Shown one piece after another: positions 27,315 through 38,797 of a stretch of DNA of 64,000 nt; the stretch's first letter is position 1, and each line of letters opens with the position of its first letter. A program made the position numbers and the translations under genes. This stretch comes from Schmidtea polychroa. Lineage: Eukaryota. The notes under the pieces are model-generated. The model was not told where the DNA came from. It saw only the letters and a program-made list of their open reading frames with translations, and searched no databases. The stretch lies in contig CM097887.1 in NCBI GenBank assembly GCA_044892525.1, forward strand, positions 49,166,001-49,230,000, read 5' to 3'.

Positions 27315-28780
27315 TTAGCATCATCAATCATTGAAAAGATTTTGAATTGCTACCAACTAAACAGGTAAATAAATGTACTAAATTATAATTATTTTTTCTA
27401 AACAACCCTCTGTGAAAGTTTTATATTCTATAAAATAAAGAATAATCTATACAATATAATTTTTCCCTGGGGTCAATTATTTCATTAACCCATTATAATA
27501 TGATTTTAGTAGAATAAAAGAATTGTAAATTATTGCATGTGTAATGCTGGTATCAATAAATTTATAAATTGTAGGGAGTTTGTCATTGTGATACTCGGTT
27601 GTCAATAACAACGGTTGTAATAATGATAATCGATAATAATAACCTTATTTTCCTGCATATAGTCTGTGTTGTAGGGTTTGAAAGTGTGTATTTAGGTATT
27701 TGTGTGACGTGTGATGATATGTGATAAGAAGTTTGAAGAGTCCGATAGAGTCACCGATAAAAATATGTGCTGGGACAATCGGGGTGTATGTGTGTACGTT
27801 TACAAAATATTACAAAATAACAGATATATAAAATTACAAATTTATTAATAAAGAAAATGATACTGTCGAGATACTGTCACGGTAATAGGGTTGTGTATGG
27901 ATTGATTCTTGAGTAATGCTTCGGTTATATTTCTATTATAATTTCAAGTTGTTTCTTTTAATAATAATATTTGAGGTGATTAGTTCTTGGACCAAATTTA
28001 GTAACTTTTTTTAGTATCTTGTCCGATTTTTCACTTTTTTTTCTTTCGTTCTAGGATTATTTAATCCTTTAATTTAACTTCTTAGGATCGTTCTTAGGAT
28101 TGAAATTTATAGTCGTTCTCAATCAGCCTCTGGACCTCGTTCCTTTTCTCCTGTAATTCTATCCTATCTCTCCCTCTTTCTTTGATGATAGTTTGATGAA
28201 TGATTTTTAATATATCCTCAATATAGTTTCGATTATATCTTCAGTTAATTTTGCCTCGTTAATTTTTAGCTTTCTGTTAATTTTTTAACTCTTAATTCTG
28301 TTTATAGATATTTTTTGATTTTTTACCATAGCGATTATTTACTAGAGGCGATTTACTATATGCTATATAGTTTTTTAAAATGTCTTTCGCCCGACGCTAC
28401 GGGGACGAGAAAGACCAAAAGAAAACAAAGCCTAATTGAAATAACTTTGAAAACCACAATGATGGTTAAAAAAAAAACTATCTATTACAGTCTGCATACG
28501 CAGATAACCCTTGGGTTTTTAAGTTTTGTGAAAAATTAACCAATATAACCCTGCGGGGTATGTAAAATTCGGAATAACCTGCTGGTTATATGTGGGAAAA
28601 TACGGTAATAATTGATTGAAATAAAATTAGATCAGAGGGTCAAATTAGTTTCTTAGTAATAAATGATGCCGAATACAAAGAGAGCAGTTAGCCTTGATCG
28701 AATTTATTATTTATTAAAAATAAATATTATTTCAAATAATTCAATATTGAACATTCGAATATTCGAATAATATTAAAATA

Positions 28781-30067
28781 ATGATTCAAAATGGAGATCC
28801 GAATGATTCAGAAAATGGTAACTTAGAGTTGACGGACAACATTATTAAATTGCCGAATGCCTTAGAAATAAATGACACGGAAATTGCAATTTTCAGAGAA
28901 AAATATGATGAAAATTGCAAAAAATTAGATTCATTCTCATTAAACCATCAGAAGATTATAGATGAGTTAGAGGACATGGATAAAGAAATAAAGGAATTAG
29001 AGATGAGGGTGACATCTCTAACGAATAGTAAAGTAAGAGCTTTAAAATTTCGTATTTATAATAAATGAAAATGAAACATGCTTAGTATATTCAGGATTGC
29101 CTGGGTGACGCAAAGGTACCCTGCCGGCCTCCAAATATTAACTAATAAAAATTCCTTGAAGCAATTCCAAAAATCTACGGATTGAAATACAATATTGTAT
29201 GATATTTGTATTTTTGTCAGGGTACATTTAAAAAACAAATTATATATTATAATTTTGTGTAGCACAAAAAGTACAAATGAAATTCTAAATTCTACACATA
29301 TAAAATTTTATTAAAAATAGAGCTTGAAGACTATAAATCAGTAATATATCGATGTTTTGATACTCATAAATTTTCGGCACTGCCTTTTTAAAGTGAATTT
29401 CATTCACGAATTCACTTGAAAAAGGCAGTGCCAAAAATTCGTGAGTATCAAAAAACATCGATATATTACTGATTTATGGTCTTCAAACTATCTTTTTAAT
29501 AAATTCAATGGAAAAAAATCAGCAGTGAAATCGAAAAAAAAGTTCTTATAATAATATACACTTTTATTTATTAATTATTTATTAATTTGCTTATGTATTA
29601 GGCCTAGATATGCCTTTGTTATTTATATTCAGGATGAAATGGAAAACGAATTGGAAGTATTGTTTACGAACATATTAGAGACTCGACATGTTGGGAATCT
29701 AAGGAAAAGCAATCCAGAAATGCTATTCAATCATACCTATCATGATTTAAAAGAATATGAGAACACATTTGATTTAGACATTAAGCCATATTTTAACAAG
29801 CAAGGCATAAAGATTATCCTTAATGATGTTAAGGGGTCAGAAAACGGCTGTATACAGTCCAGTGAAGAACCTGTGAACCCTTCCAATGAATTGTTAAAAA
29901 ATCCTCTCAAATGTTGGATTGACATCTATATTCAAGATTCAATTTTTATTTTAAAATCCTCATCTCATGAAATTGACATTGAATCCATTTTAAAAGATTT
30001 AAATGCTACTGGAGATCTGAGGTCGTTTTTAATTCTTTTAAAGAAAAAATTCATAGCAATTATTTGA
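28781..30067 (+). CDS. Coiled-coil plus RWD-like protein, probable kinetochore SPC25; join(28781..29032,29633..30067), 228 aa
   Basis: Donor AAA|GTAAGA and acceptor TTCAG|GAT are both phase 0. N-terminal heptads. C-terminal YENTFDLDIK...GIKIILNDV...ILKDLNATGDLRSFLILLKKKF resembles the Spc25 pattern (LGLEI...FIFTNID...TNNFSAFLANVRKAF), and the length is similar. Confidence 0.5.
29307..29503. mobile_element. Fold-back MITE inside the SPC25-like intron
   Basis: Arms ttgaagactataaatcagtaatatatcgatg...ggcactgccttttt-aagtgaatt and its near-perfect complement, around a 9-nt loop (29400-29408). Confidence 0.8.
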
Positions 30068-32294
30068 TTATTTATTGTTACTGATTCAAGGAATGATTCA
30101 TACCCTTTAAATGATTGAAGAATAGATTCATGAAATATAATCTTTATAATTTGTTCGCTTTATTATTTGTTAAATACCTTGAACTAGCAGGATGCCATCT
30201 AGCCAAGGGAGTTAGGAAGAAATAAATTATGTCAAGAAATTTTCATAGTAAAACATAAAACGAAAGACTGAACCAGGGGTATGGAACTAAAACATTCAAG
30301 TGTAGCTGAGATTATTATGATATTTTTACATATACGGAGTAGGATTTTTGTATAGACAAAAGAAAACAATCGTCTCATTCCCCTTTCAAAAGGCGTAACA
30401 TATAGTTGCCATTGTACGTATTTCACAAACGTCCGTAAATCTTGTTGGCATTGGCATAGTTATGTATATTATTATAATTTCAGAAACACTCTTGTATAGT
30501 GGAAGGTTGTAGGTAACTGACGTTTTACCTTCCATACAATGTATCGTTACCACTCGACACCAATTGTGTGAAAAACTACCGCTCTGACGTCCTCCCTCAC
30601 CTGTTCTAGTGGCTCTAAGCTTTAATCGCTGCCACCAGAGCCTGTCAAAACAGATTTACTTCGGGCTCACTTTTGACTTCCACCATGAGCAGCTCATGGT
30701 CGTCCAATTTGGGACCCCTATTATTGATGGAGCCTGGTAGTTGCATGAAAACCCTGATTCCACAATCTTACGCAGAATCCCGACCACATTTATTTATTCA
30801 CATGGATTCTTCGGGAACCATTTCGACGAGTTTATTCCACAGGACGTCATTATATGTTCGCGCCTCATCATGTTTATTAGATCTATTCTGAACACGAGCA
30901 TTCGTTTAGCATTCCCTTGCGATTTGTTTGTATCATCGCAGTTGATCTGTGAACGATTACTCGCTGACAAGCCTCATTTATCAATTATCATGCCATCTTG
31001 ACTTTTACATTTGATTGGTAAACTATAGATCTAGCTCATAGTTTACGAATGTCAGGACGAATTTCAAGAACGCCTTGTCTTCATAAGTTAGTTGTGATTG
31101 AGTCATGCACTTAAAGCTATGATTTCAAATTGCATGCTTGTGTTGAGGAGTGGTTAATTACTCCTAACTATCTACCGAAAACCCAATAACGATATATTGC
31201 TATCTCTATATGTGATGAGTGAAGCCTCGTTTTCATTACCTCCAAGTGGCGCTATTCCTCCATTCTATTTATAGGATCAGTGTTGGTCTTATTATAGTCC
31301 TCCATACAGAGTGATAAACGACCAATTTCCGTATTAGTCTGTTACAATCGAAGAAATAATACCTTTTAACTGCATTGGTTAGCTCCTTATGCAGGGCCTT
31401 ACTGTCTCCCAGCATTTATGGAAATGGAAAGAATCTTCTCTACCTGGAGTGTGTTCGATTTCTATTCTTTTTACCCCCACTGTCGTTGAGGTGCTTCGAT
31501 TTATCATTTCGTCTTCTGTTGGTGTAATGTAGTCATTACCCGTTCGCTGAACTGTCTACCGTGGAGTTTGTTGAACATATCATCTGTTTCACCCGCAAGT
31601 TGACAGTTCAGATGATTATCATACGCACCGCCTATATCAGTTTCTCAGTTCCTGTTACTGGATGTCCAACGATATTTCGCTCAGGAGGCATGCCACCAAA
31701 GGTTGTTTATGGTACATCTTTAATATACTGTTGGCGGGTAGCTACTCGGATGACCTTCTTTAGTACCGCTTTTAGTCTAGAGGATGAATGCCCACATCAA
31801 TTACACTCGTCTTTATCCCGGTCATCGCTGAGCAGGGCCCGTACATAACTTATACTTCAACATAGCACCCGTGAATCGCTTCACGTTGGAACTGTGCTAT
31901 GTCGGCGAGACGCCAGTAAGCAGGTGAGCCATCTCCTTCGGACTACTCCTTACTGAGGCCTCGACTTCCTAACCCTGACTGCCGATAGAAGGACTTACGT
32001 CTTTTCATCCCGTCACCCATCGCCATGTTTCTAACTGGGATTGCCAATTGACTAATGCTCCCCATGTTCTGAGACTCTCAATGCTATCTACCAATTTCAT
32101 ATTATTTTCTTAAGAAATACAAAAAAAACACATACATAAACGAGAAAATTTTATTATTAGGATTACTGTACAAATATAGCGAGAACTTCTACAGTGAAAA
32201 TTTACAAGAACGGAATAAACACCAAGATAGAAGATGATATTAGAAAATTGTTCAGGTATCTATGAAGAGAGAGGCCATTTTTCGGGGAAAATCC

Positions 32295-33038
32295 TCATTT
32301 TTCCCACTCCGAGTCGGCGAGTAACTCGTCTAGATTAAAGAATTCGGCAGCGTTTTCTTCCCACGCCACTCCGGCGGCGGAGATGACTCGCCCGGAGATC
32401 CCGGTCGTTAGATCAACTACGGTTGAATTGATGTTGCTATCTACTGGGGTACCGGTTGATTGTACGTTTTGTTTGGTAGACGCCCGCTCGCGTTGCTTTC
32501 GTTTGCGTTCGGCGCGCGACAGCTGCCGACGTTTAGGTTTTGGAGCTGCGGCCGTTTGCGCTGTTGACGAAGACGCGATGCTTGGCTGGACCTTGCTAGT
32601 CCCGGTACATACAATATCTGGGCCTCTGGGAGAAAGCTCGGACTCCACGCACACACGGCAAGACTTCTTGAGTGGGGATGAAGACCTGACGAAGGTCTCG
32701 TGGTGCGCTGGGAAGAGATTGCTGGCTTCACTAATTGGGATCTTCGCTATGTTTCTAGTAGTTGCTGCTTGGATATATAACTTATGTAGCGCTTCTGACT
32801 GCTCTTTTATTAGGCTCCTCTGTGCCCGACTCTCGGAAATTAGAGCATCACGACAGTGCTCGCTTCGGTATAGTTTCTTCTGAGTCTCCTTCATCTGCGA
32901 GGGACTAAACCATGTCCCCTCCAACTCATCTATTTTTCTTTTGTACTTTCCAATTTGAGCCTGTAGGTCTTTGATAATTGAATTCTTGTCTGAACAAGAA
33001 AAGCAAGGTTTGAGGATGGTTTTGGCATTGGAAGTCAT
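32295..33038 (-). CDS. Orphan intronless ORF (247 aa from ATG 33038): CxxC, coiled coil, basic helix, acidic-hydrophobic tail
   Basis: Open and relatively GC-rich frame. Strong acceptor ttctcttcacag 9 nt before the ATG. Motifs CFSC, CRVC, KPKRRQLSRAERKRKQRER and EFFNLDELLADSEWEK. Confidence 0.6.
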   Translation of the reverse strand: MTSNAKTILKPCFSCSDKNSIIKDLQAQIGKYKRKIDELEGTWFSPSQMKETQKKLYRSEHCRDALISESRAQRSLIKEQSEALHKLYIQAATTRNIAKIPISEASNLFPAHHETFVRSSSPLKKSCRVCVESELSPRGPDIVCTGTSKVQPSIASSSTAQTAAAPKPKRRQLSRAERKRKQRERASTKQNVQSTGTPVDSNINSTVVDLTTGISGRVISAAGVAWEENAAEFFNLDELLADSEWEK

Positions 33039-35339
33039 CTTGAATAGCTGTGAAGAGAAGGCACAAATAAAAATTAAACTAAGGCAAATTAGAGACGTCA
33101 TTATCTAGTCGCAATCCTACTGTTCTGATCATTTTATAATTGCCCATACAAAACGGGTTTCTTAGCCTGAAGAGATCTCTCTACCCTACAGATCTTGTAT
33201 ACTTTGGGTCCTTATTTGTACGAGAATAGGTCATTCATACAAAATCTTGCTAAGGGAAAATTATTAATTAACGAAATTATGATTTAGTTAGGTTACTTAG
33301 AATCAATACCTATCATTTGAGAAGAATTTAAATTAAAATTACCGATTTATTCTAAACTATTAATTTTACTGTGTCGATCTTACAGGTAAATAGGTCGATG
33401 TGGTTTAAATGACCTAATTATACGAATGAGGGTTTTGTCAGTTTACTTTAACTGGTATATTCATAATAAAAGGATTTTAATCAACTACAATTATTTAATT
33501 GGGGCAGACTAGAACTTTGTCATCTCATTGGCAATTATTGATTGATTATTTATGATAACAGGAATTTAATTAAGTTGTAACTATCTAGTTGTGACAAATA
33601 AGAATTCTGTCATTTTATTTACAATTATCGATTTATGTTAAATAAGAACTTTGTTAATTCATTTGTGATCAGTGATGTACGCACAACCAAAATTTTCCAA
33701 GATTAAGTGAACACACAAGTCTAACCAGGCGAGCTCAAACTGACTATTTGACTGCCGTCTATCGCACTTGATCGGTGGGGAGTCTAGTGATTATCAGTAG
33801 TTGAATTTGCGAAGTAACAATTTTAGCTGGCGCGTTATGTCTAATTCTCGGCGATCGGTGTAAATCTGCACATTGCGCTTAACCTCTGTGATGTTCCTAT
33901 AACGGGCGACGCATGAGAATTTGCTCTCTCAATCGTAATCACTGACTGGTGTGCTCAGTCTGGAGTTTACCTGCTGTGTCTAAGTATGTATGCAGATGTG
34001 TTCTCTCTATGGAATGTAATGCTAACTGACAAGCTGCGTACATACCCAAATTCTACTCCTCATGGCCTAGACCTGCTGTTTCGCATGAGGATTTTTTGGA
34101 AAAATGCGATTTGGTGCCTCGCTATCGTTGGATGAGATTTACTTCGATGACGGATTACGCAACCATTCGGATACCATTTATCAACTCAACTCATGATCCT
34201 TCACTACGGTCATCCATTCCTGTCGATTTTGGAAATTCATTGTTAGATTTTCAGCTCGACGATATGCAGGTATTAATATTCAATCTGTAAGCATTATCAG
34301 GATAAATGGTTTTTCGAAATACATTTTTCTTAATTAGATTTGTTTATAATTTTTCATTTAAAAATTGTCTATAACCACTCGTTTTATGTAATTCCACACA
34401 GACACTTTTGAGAGACCCTAAACTGATGCAAATAGTAGTTATGAAAGATCATAAGCGGAAAATTCGCAGGAATGAATTCTGAGTAGAATCCTGATCACCG
34501 ATGTCACCTATAGTACTACTAAGATCTGGACGGAGCTGACGAAAATTGTATAGATAACTTTGAGCTTGGCAAAACGACATTAAGACCCGATAGTGCGATA
34601 CTCTCAATCACTGCGTGAATGCTCAGAAATCTTCCTATTCATTTATCTACACATCTATTATTTTCGGTCACTGTCTGGCTATTCATTTCTAACATAATTT
34701 TTCTAAAAATTTCAGTCGCACCTTCAGCGACGGACCCGTGAGGAAGCCCCCACATTACGGCCCGAATCAGCTGCGTGATTGAAAAACCCCATGTCCACCG
34801 GCTGAGCTCCCGAAGGCACCTCACACCATGACAATGGAGTTTCTCAACGCCACGTTCCTCGAGAATTCGAATAGCATAAAATGATAATTCATAGAAATCA
34901 ACAAATCATAAGCATCGACTTTATCGTAAACCATTTATTGGTAAATAACTAAATCATTAAATTAAGTAAAATCAAACGAAAAGAAAACCAATTCTTTAAA
35001 TATTTTGAAAATATATGATTAGTTTATATGCATTACGTAAAAATTCCAAATACAAAATCAAAAGTTTCCTTACCGAGTGTTCAGGCTGAGTCGAAAAGTA
35101 CTGGGTTCAAATTAATTAATGCTCAAATATAGATTTAACTGGAGGTTCCTAAATACTAGAATAGTCCTCGTATGAATTCAACTGAAATCTTCTGGAATAT
35201 TAGAATAGTCCTTGAAGCTGCTAGGAGTCGGTTTTCTAACTGTGAGTGCTAGTTTCGCCTGTAAGAGTTGTTGAGTTAACGGTCTTGTCGAGTACCTGTA
35301 ATTGGTTTGGTTTTAACATTGCATTACTTAATACTATTT

Positions 35340-35427
35340 CTTACCTGTAATTGGTTTGGTTTTAACATTGACTATAGGGAATTTTCTGTTTACTTATATA
35401 GGTATTTTTTCGTTTATGCGGACCAAT
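35340..35427 (-). promoter_or_regulatory. Putative LTR promoter: CCAAT box, TATA box, Inr and splice donor
   Basis: CCAAT (35423-35427, plus strand), TATATAA (35400-35394), TCAAT initiator-like site 31 nt downstream (~35369), then CAG|GTAAG at 35344. Confidence 0.5.
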
Positions 35428-35575
35428 CAGAATTGAGTACCGCCTTATTTTATTAATTTAATTTATTTTTCTTGTTTTTGAGTTATTTTTTCCTATTTTC
35501 TTTATTTTTATTGTGTTTTTTATTTATTTTCTCTAATTTCTTTATTATCTACTACATTTTACGTTATTTTCTGTC

Positions 35576-35758
35576 ATTCTATTGTCCTATTTTAATTGTT
35601 CTTATTTTTATATTTTTTGTTTTAATTCTTATTTTCTAATTTATTATTTTCCTTATATCCTATTCTATTTTATTCTTAAATTTGTTTTTGTTTTATTTTT
35701 ATTTTAATTTAATTATATTTCACCTAATTTCTTGGATACCCTTCGATTCAGCCCAACA
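35576..35758 (-). repeat. Start of the 3' LTR (183-bp block shared with 56434-56616)
   Basis: Identical by eye to 56434-56616. The A-rich composition continues leftward, so the LTR is probably longer. Confidence 0.85.
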
Positions 35759-35998
35759 AATCACTCGGGGACCCATCAAAATTGCGTCCCGCAATTACAT
35801 ACTTACTTCATTCATTCATAAAAAGAAATAAAATAAACACGACATCATATACAATAAATTTATTAATAAGATAAAGGTCAAAATAGAACCAAGCAGGTAT
35901 CACTTATGGTGATAGGATATATACACAGAAGTTCACGCTAGATAATGTTTTACAGTTCACACTAGATAATGTTTTAAATCAGTACTGGCATTGTTTTA

Positions 35999-36625
35999 TT
36001 ACTCTGAGGACTTTGACTGGGGTTGTTGGTACGTTTTAGGCTCGATGTTGTAGTAGGCCGGACGACTGGTTGATGGTTTGGGAGATTCTTGGTTGGTTAA
36101 TCTGAGTGGACTTGTGTTTTGAGTAATGTTGGGGATTTCGACCGAATTTTGCTGGGTGGCTTTGGATTTCGGTTGTTGGCATTTTTTCTTGAATTCGAGG
36201 ATTTCCAGGAAGGTTATTAGACATAATAGGCTTGTTTCGGCGATCACCACATATAGAAGGTAGTGGGTGTCGCTTTGTCCTGAGGACTTCTCGATCTTTT
36301 CAGGTTCGGAATTTTCCTGTCGTATTTGCACTTCTAGTTGATCCAGGTGATGGATTTGTTCTATCATCACTTTATTTATTTTTCTACACAGGAGGTTTCC
36401 TTGGCACATTATTCGGATATTGTCGATGTAGGTTCGGGTTGAACGGATGTTGTCTATGATTTTGCTCTTCACCAAGGTATGGCATATCGGTTTAGGTGAT
36501 TCGGATTGGGTTTTCGAGTTCTTTCTTCGGTGATCTCGGAGGCTATCTATTTGGGGATTACTCTGTGGCTCGCTCATTAGATTGTTGGCCAATATTATCA
36601 AGGTGATTGTCACTCCCCACCGCAT
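35999..36625 (-). CDS. Accessory ORF-E: small type I membrane protein (~208 aa)
   Basis: Signal-like MRWGVTITLIILA, single hydrophobic segment YLLYVVIAETSLLCLITFLEIL, and a Ser/Thr/Pro/Gln-rich tail. Confidence 0.65.
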   Translation of the reverse strand: MRWGVTITLIILANNLMSEPQSNPQIDSLRDHRRKNSKTQSESPKPICHTLVKSKIIDNIRSTRTYIDNIRIMCQGNLLCRKINKVMIEQIHHLDQLEVQIRQENSEPEKIEKSSGQSDTHYLLYVVIAETSLLCLITFLEILEFKKKCQQPKSKATQQNSVEIPNITQNTSPLRLTNQESPKPSTSRPAYYNIEPKTYQQPQSKSSE

Positions 36626-36680
36626 TATACTGTTATACATCAAACATTTAATTTATTTACAATTGTCGACGGTTTTTTGT

Positions 36681-37361
36681 TTAATCGTCTTTCTTTTGGG
36701 GATTGTTTTCGGTGATTCTCATTAGGGTGGTCTCTGCCTTAATGACCCTATATCTCAACTCTGGTAGCATTGCTAACTGTCGGTCCTTTTCTCGGGCCTC
36801 TCTCTTTAAATGTCTAATTTCTTTTTCCAATCGTCTAATCTCTTCCCTTTTCTTTTCCAGGTTTCTTTTTAGCTCAATTTGTAGGAAGTAATTTTGTTGT
36901 TGATGTTTTCCTTCTATCTCTCTATATTTGCGGATCCACTTCTTCATTCCTTCACTTTCTTGTTGACTTTCTTGCAATTGTTTCTCCAGTTCCTCTATGG
37001 TTGCTTGCCGTTCTCGCGCCTCAGTCTTCCAATAATCGTTAATCACTTCGTTTGCCTTTCTACTGGCCCTTTCTTGCCATAATTCTTCCTCAATCTTCTC
37101 CCAATTTCTCCCTCGTTTTCGTTGTTCTTGCAGCCATTCGTTTTCCTCTTCTGTTTCTCTTTTTACTTCCCCTAGCACTCTACATTCTTTCTTTAGTATC
37201 TTTATTATTTTTCGATCTTCTATGTATTTGTTTACCAGTCTCTCGTTTTCACACTTCTCTGCTCGCAACTCTGCTTCTAGCGTTTGTGTTTCAGTTGTTT
37301 CTGTTACAATTTCTCCTTCTTCCACGTCACTCGTGATTTCTATCATTTCTTCGATTTTCAT
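36681..37361 (-). CDS. Accessory ORF-D: coiled-coil protein (~226 aa; frame open from 37415)
   Basis: Intact frame, E/K/R-rich heptads throughout. Confidence 0.65.
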   Translation of the reverse strand: MKIEEMIEITSDVEEGEIVTETTETQTLEAELRAEKCENERLVNKYIEDRKIIKILKKECRVLGEVKRETEEENEWLQEQRKRGRNWEKIEEELWQERASRKANEVINDYWKTEARERQATIEELEKQLQESQQESEGMKKWIRKYREIEGKHQQQNYFLQIELKRNLEKKREEIRRLEKEIRHLKREAREKDRQLAMLPELRYRVIKAETTLMRITENNPQKKDD

Positions 37362-37543
37362 ATCTATAATATGTACAGTTAATGGTGCGCTATAGTGCGA
37401 CTTATACATATACATTTATATAAAATTTAATAGTTTGGGTTACAATCCCTTGAATACTTTTACAATACTTTAATTTTTTTTTGTTTGGGATATACGTCCC
37501 GTTTTTTTTTTTTTTTTTTTTGTTTTTATCTTTTTGTTCGCCG

Positions 37544-38599
37544 TTATACGAAGGTCTCCTCCTGTCCCACATACCCTTCATCACTATCGACCGCTGGATG
37601 CAACTGTATCGCAATAGGGTCATAAGGTAGGTAGTATTGGGGAATTTGAGCTCTCAATTCATTAACTTCGTCTCTTAGGGCTCGAGTGATGTTCAGCTCT
37701 TCGTCGAGCAGGTAGGTGAGATACCTTGTCTCTTCGTCTTTCATCTCTATTTGTCTATCTAGAGCCTTGATTTTCTCGTCGCCCTTCCATTTTTCAATTT
37801 CTATTTCCAAGTTTTTGATATTTTCGGCATACATTTTCCTCTCGTTTTCTAATTTTTTGTTTTTTCCAGCTAGGACCATATTTCTTTGTTCTAGTGATCC
37901 CTGTAATCCATTGAGGTCTCGTTTCATCTCTGCGACCTGATTTACTAATTCCACAACCCGTCCTGCTTGTTGGGTTATCATCTCCTCCATTGCGGCATTC
38001 TCGTGCTCTCTTATGTCGCATTTTATTGCCAAATGTCGCTCGAACTCCATGGCCTTCATCTGCCATGTTTAGCTTCGGGCGGCGACCTTTCTCAACCGTT
38101 TCAGTTCTTCCTTTATTATTAAATTTTCCTCCCATTTACCCTGTTCGTTTTCATATCCGAGTCTCATGGGCAATTCTTTCATCTCTTTTTTCATTTCATT
38201 ATTTTGTCTTTTCCATTTTCTGGCCTCTGCTTATAAATGCATCAATTTCCTTCCTTCTATTTGCTTTTCCGCTTCGCGTTTTGCGTTTTCGTCAGTGAGC
38301 CTCTTTCTCGCTTCCTGCACTAGCTGCTTTAAGTAGTGGCTGTGCGCTTCTTGGCGGGTATTTTCTAATGATGCCCATTTTGATGCCCTTTTACAAGCTT
38401 CTGCTTCCTCTCTTAAATTGTGGATTAGCCATTGATATTTACTGTTCTCATCTTCTCTGGCTTCTTCGATGTAGTTTCGGGTGAGGTTAGTTAGTTGGAA
38501 CATTACTTTGTTCCATTTTTCGTTGTATTCTCGGGGAATTTGTGTTTTGTGGGTATTGGTTGGGGCTATCGTAGTTTCGGTTATTCTCTCTTGTGTCAT
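37544..38599 (-). pseudogene. Accessory ORF-C: ~351-aa coiled-coil protein with two in-frame TAA (38231-38233, 38069-38071)
   Basis: Track ORFs 38231..38599 and 37544..38059 are in the same frame. The segment between them reads AEARKWKRQNNEMKKEMKELPMRLGYENEQGKWEENLIIKEELKRLRKVAARS. Confidence 0.7.
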
Positions 38600-38797
38600 T
38601 TCTAAATCATTGATATAGATTAATCTTTTTATTATGGAGAAAAAAATTTTTTATTCATTAGTTACTGGTTCTTCGGAAATTTTCGCATCATTTTTGGGTT
38701 TTCGTATTTAGGGTTTTTCATACTATTATTATATAATATTTTATTGGTTATATACGCCGATATATACAGGTTATTATATACAACATTATTCGATGGA

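Noticed and set aside
30430-32100. Higher-complexity stretch that looks like decayed coding sequence
   Set aside because: The portions I translated were full of stops and had no recognisable motif, so I cannot support a call.
33039-33101. Apparent signal peptide MTSLICLSLIFICAFSSQLFK on ORF 32295..33101
   Set aside because: It is largely the translation of a polypyrimidine tract and CAG acceptor; the next Met (33038) is the likelier start.
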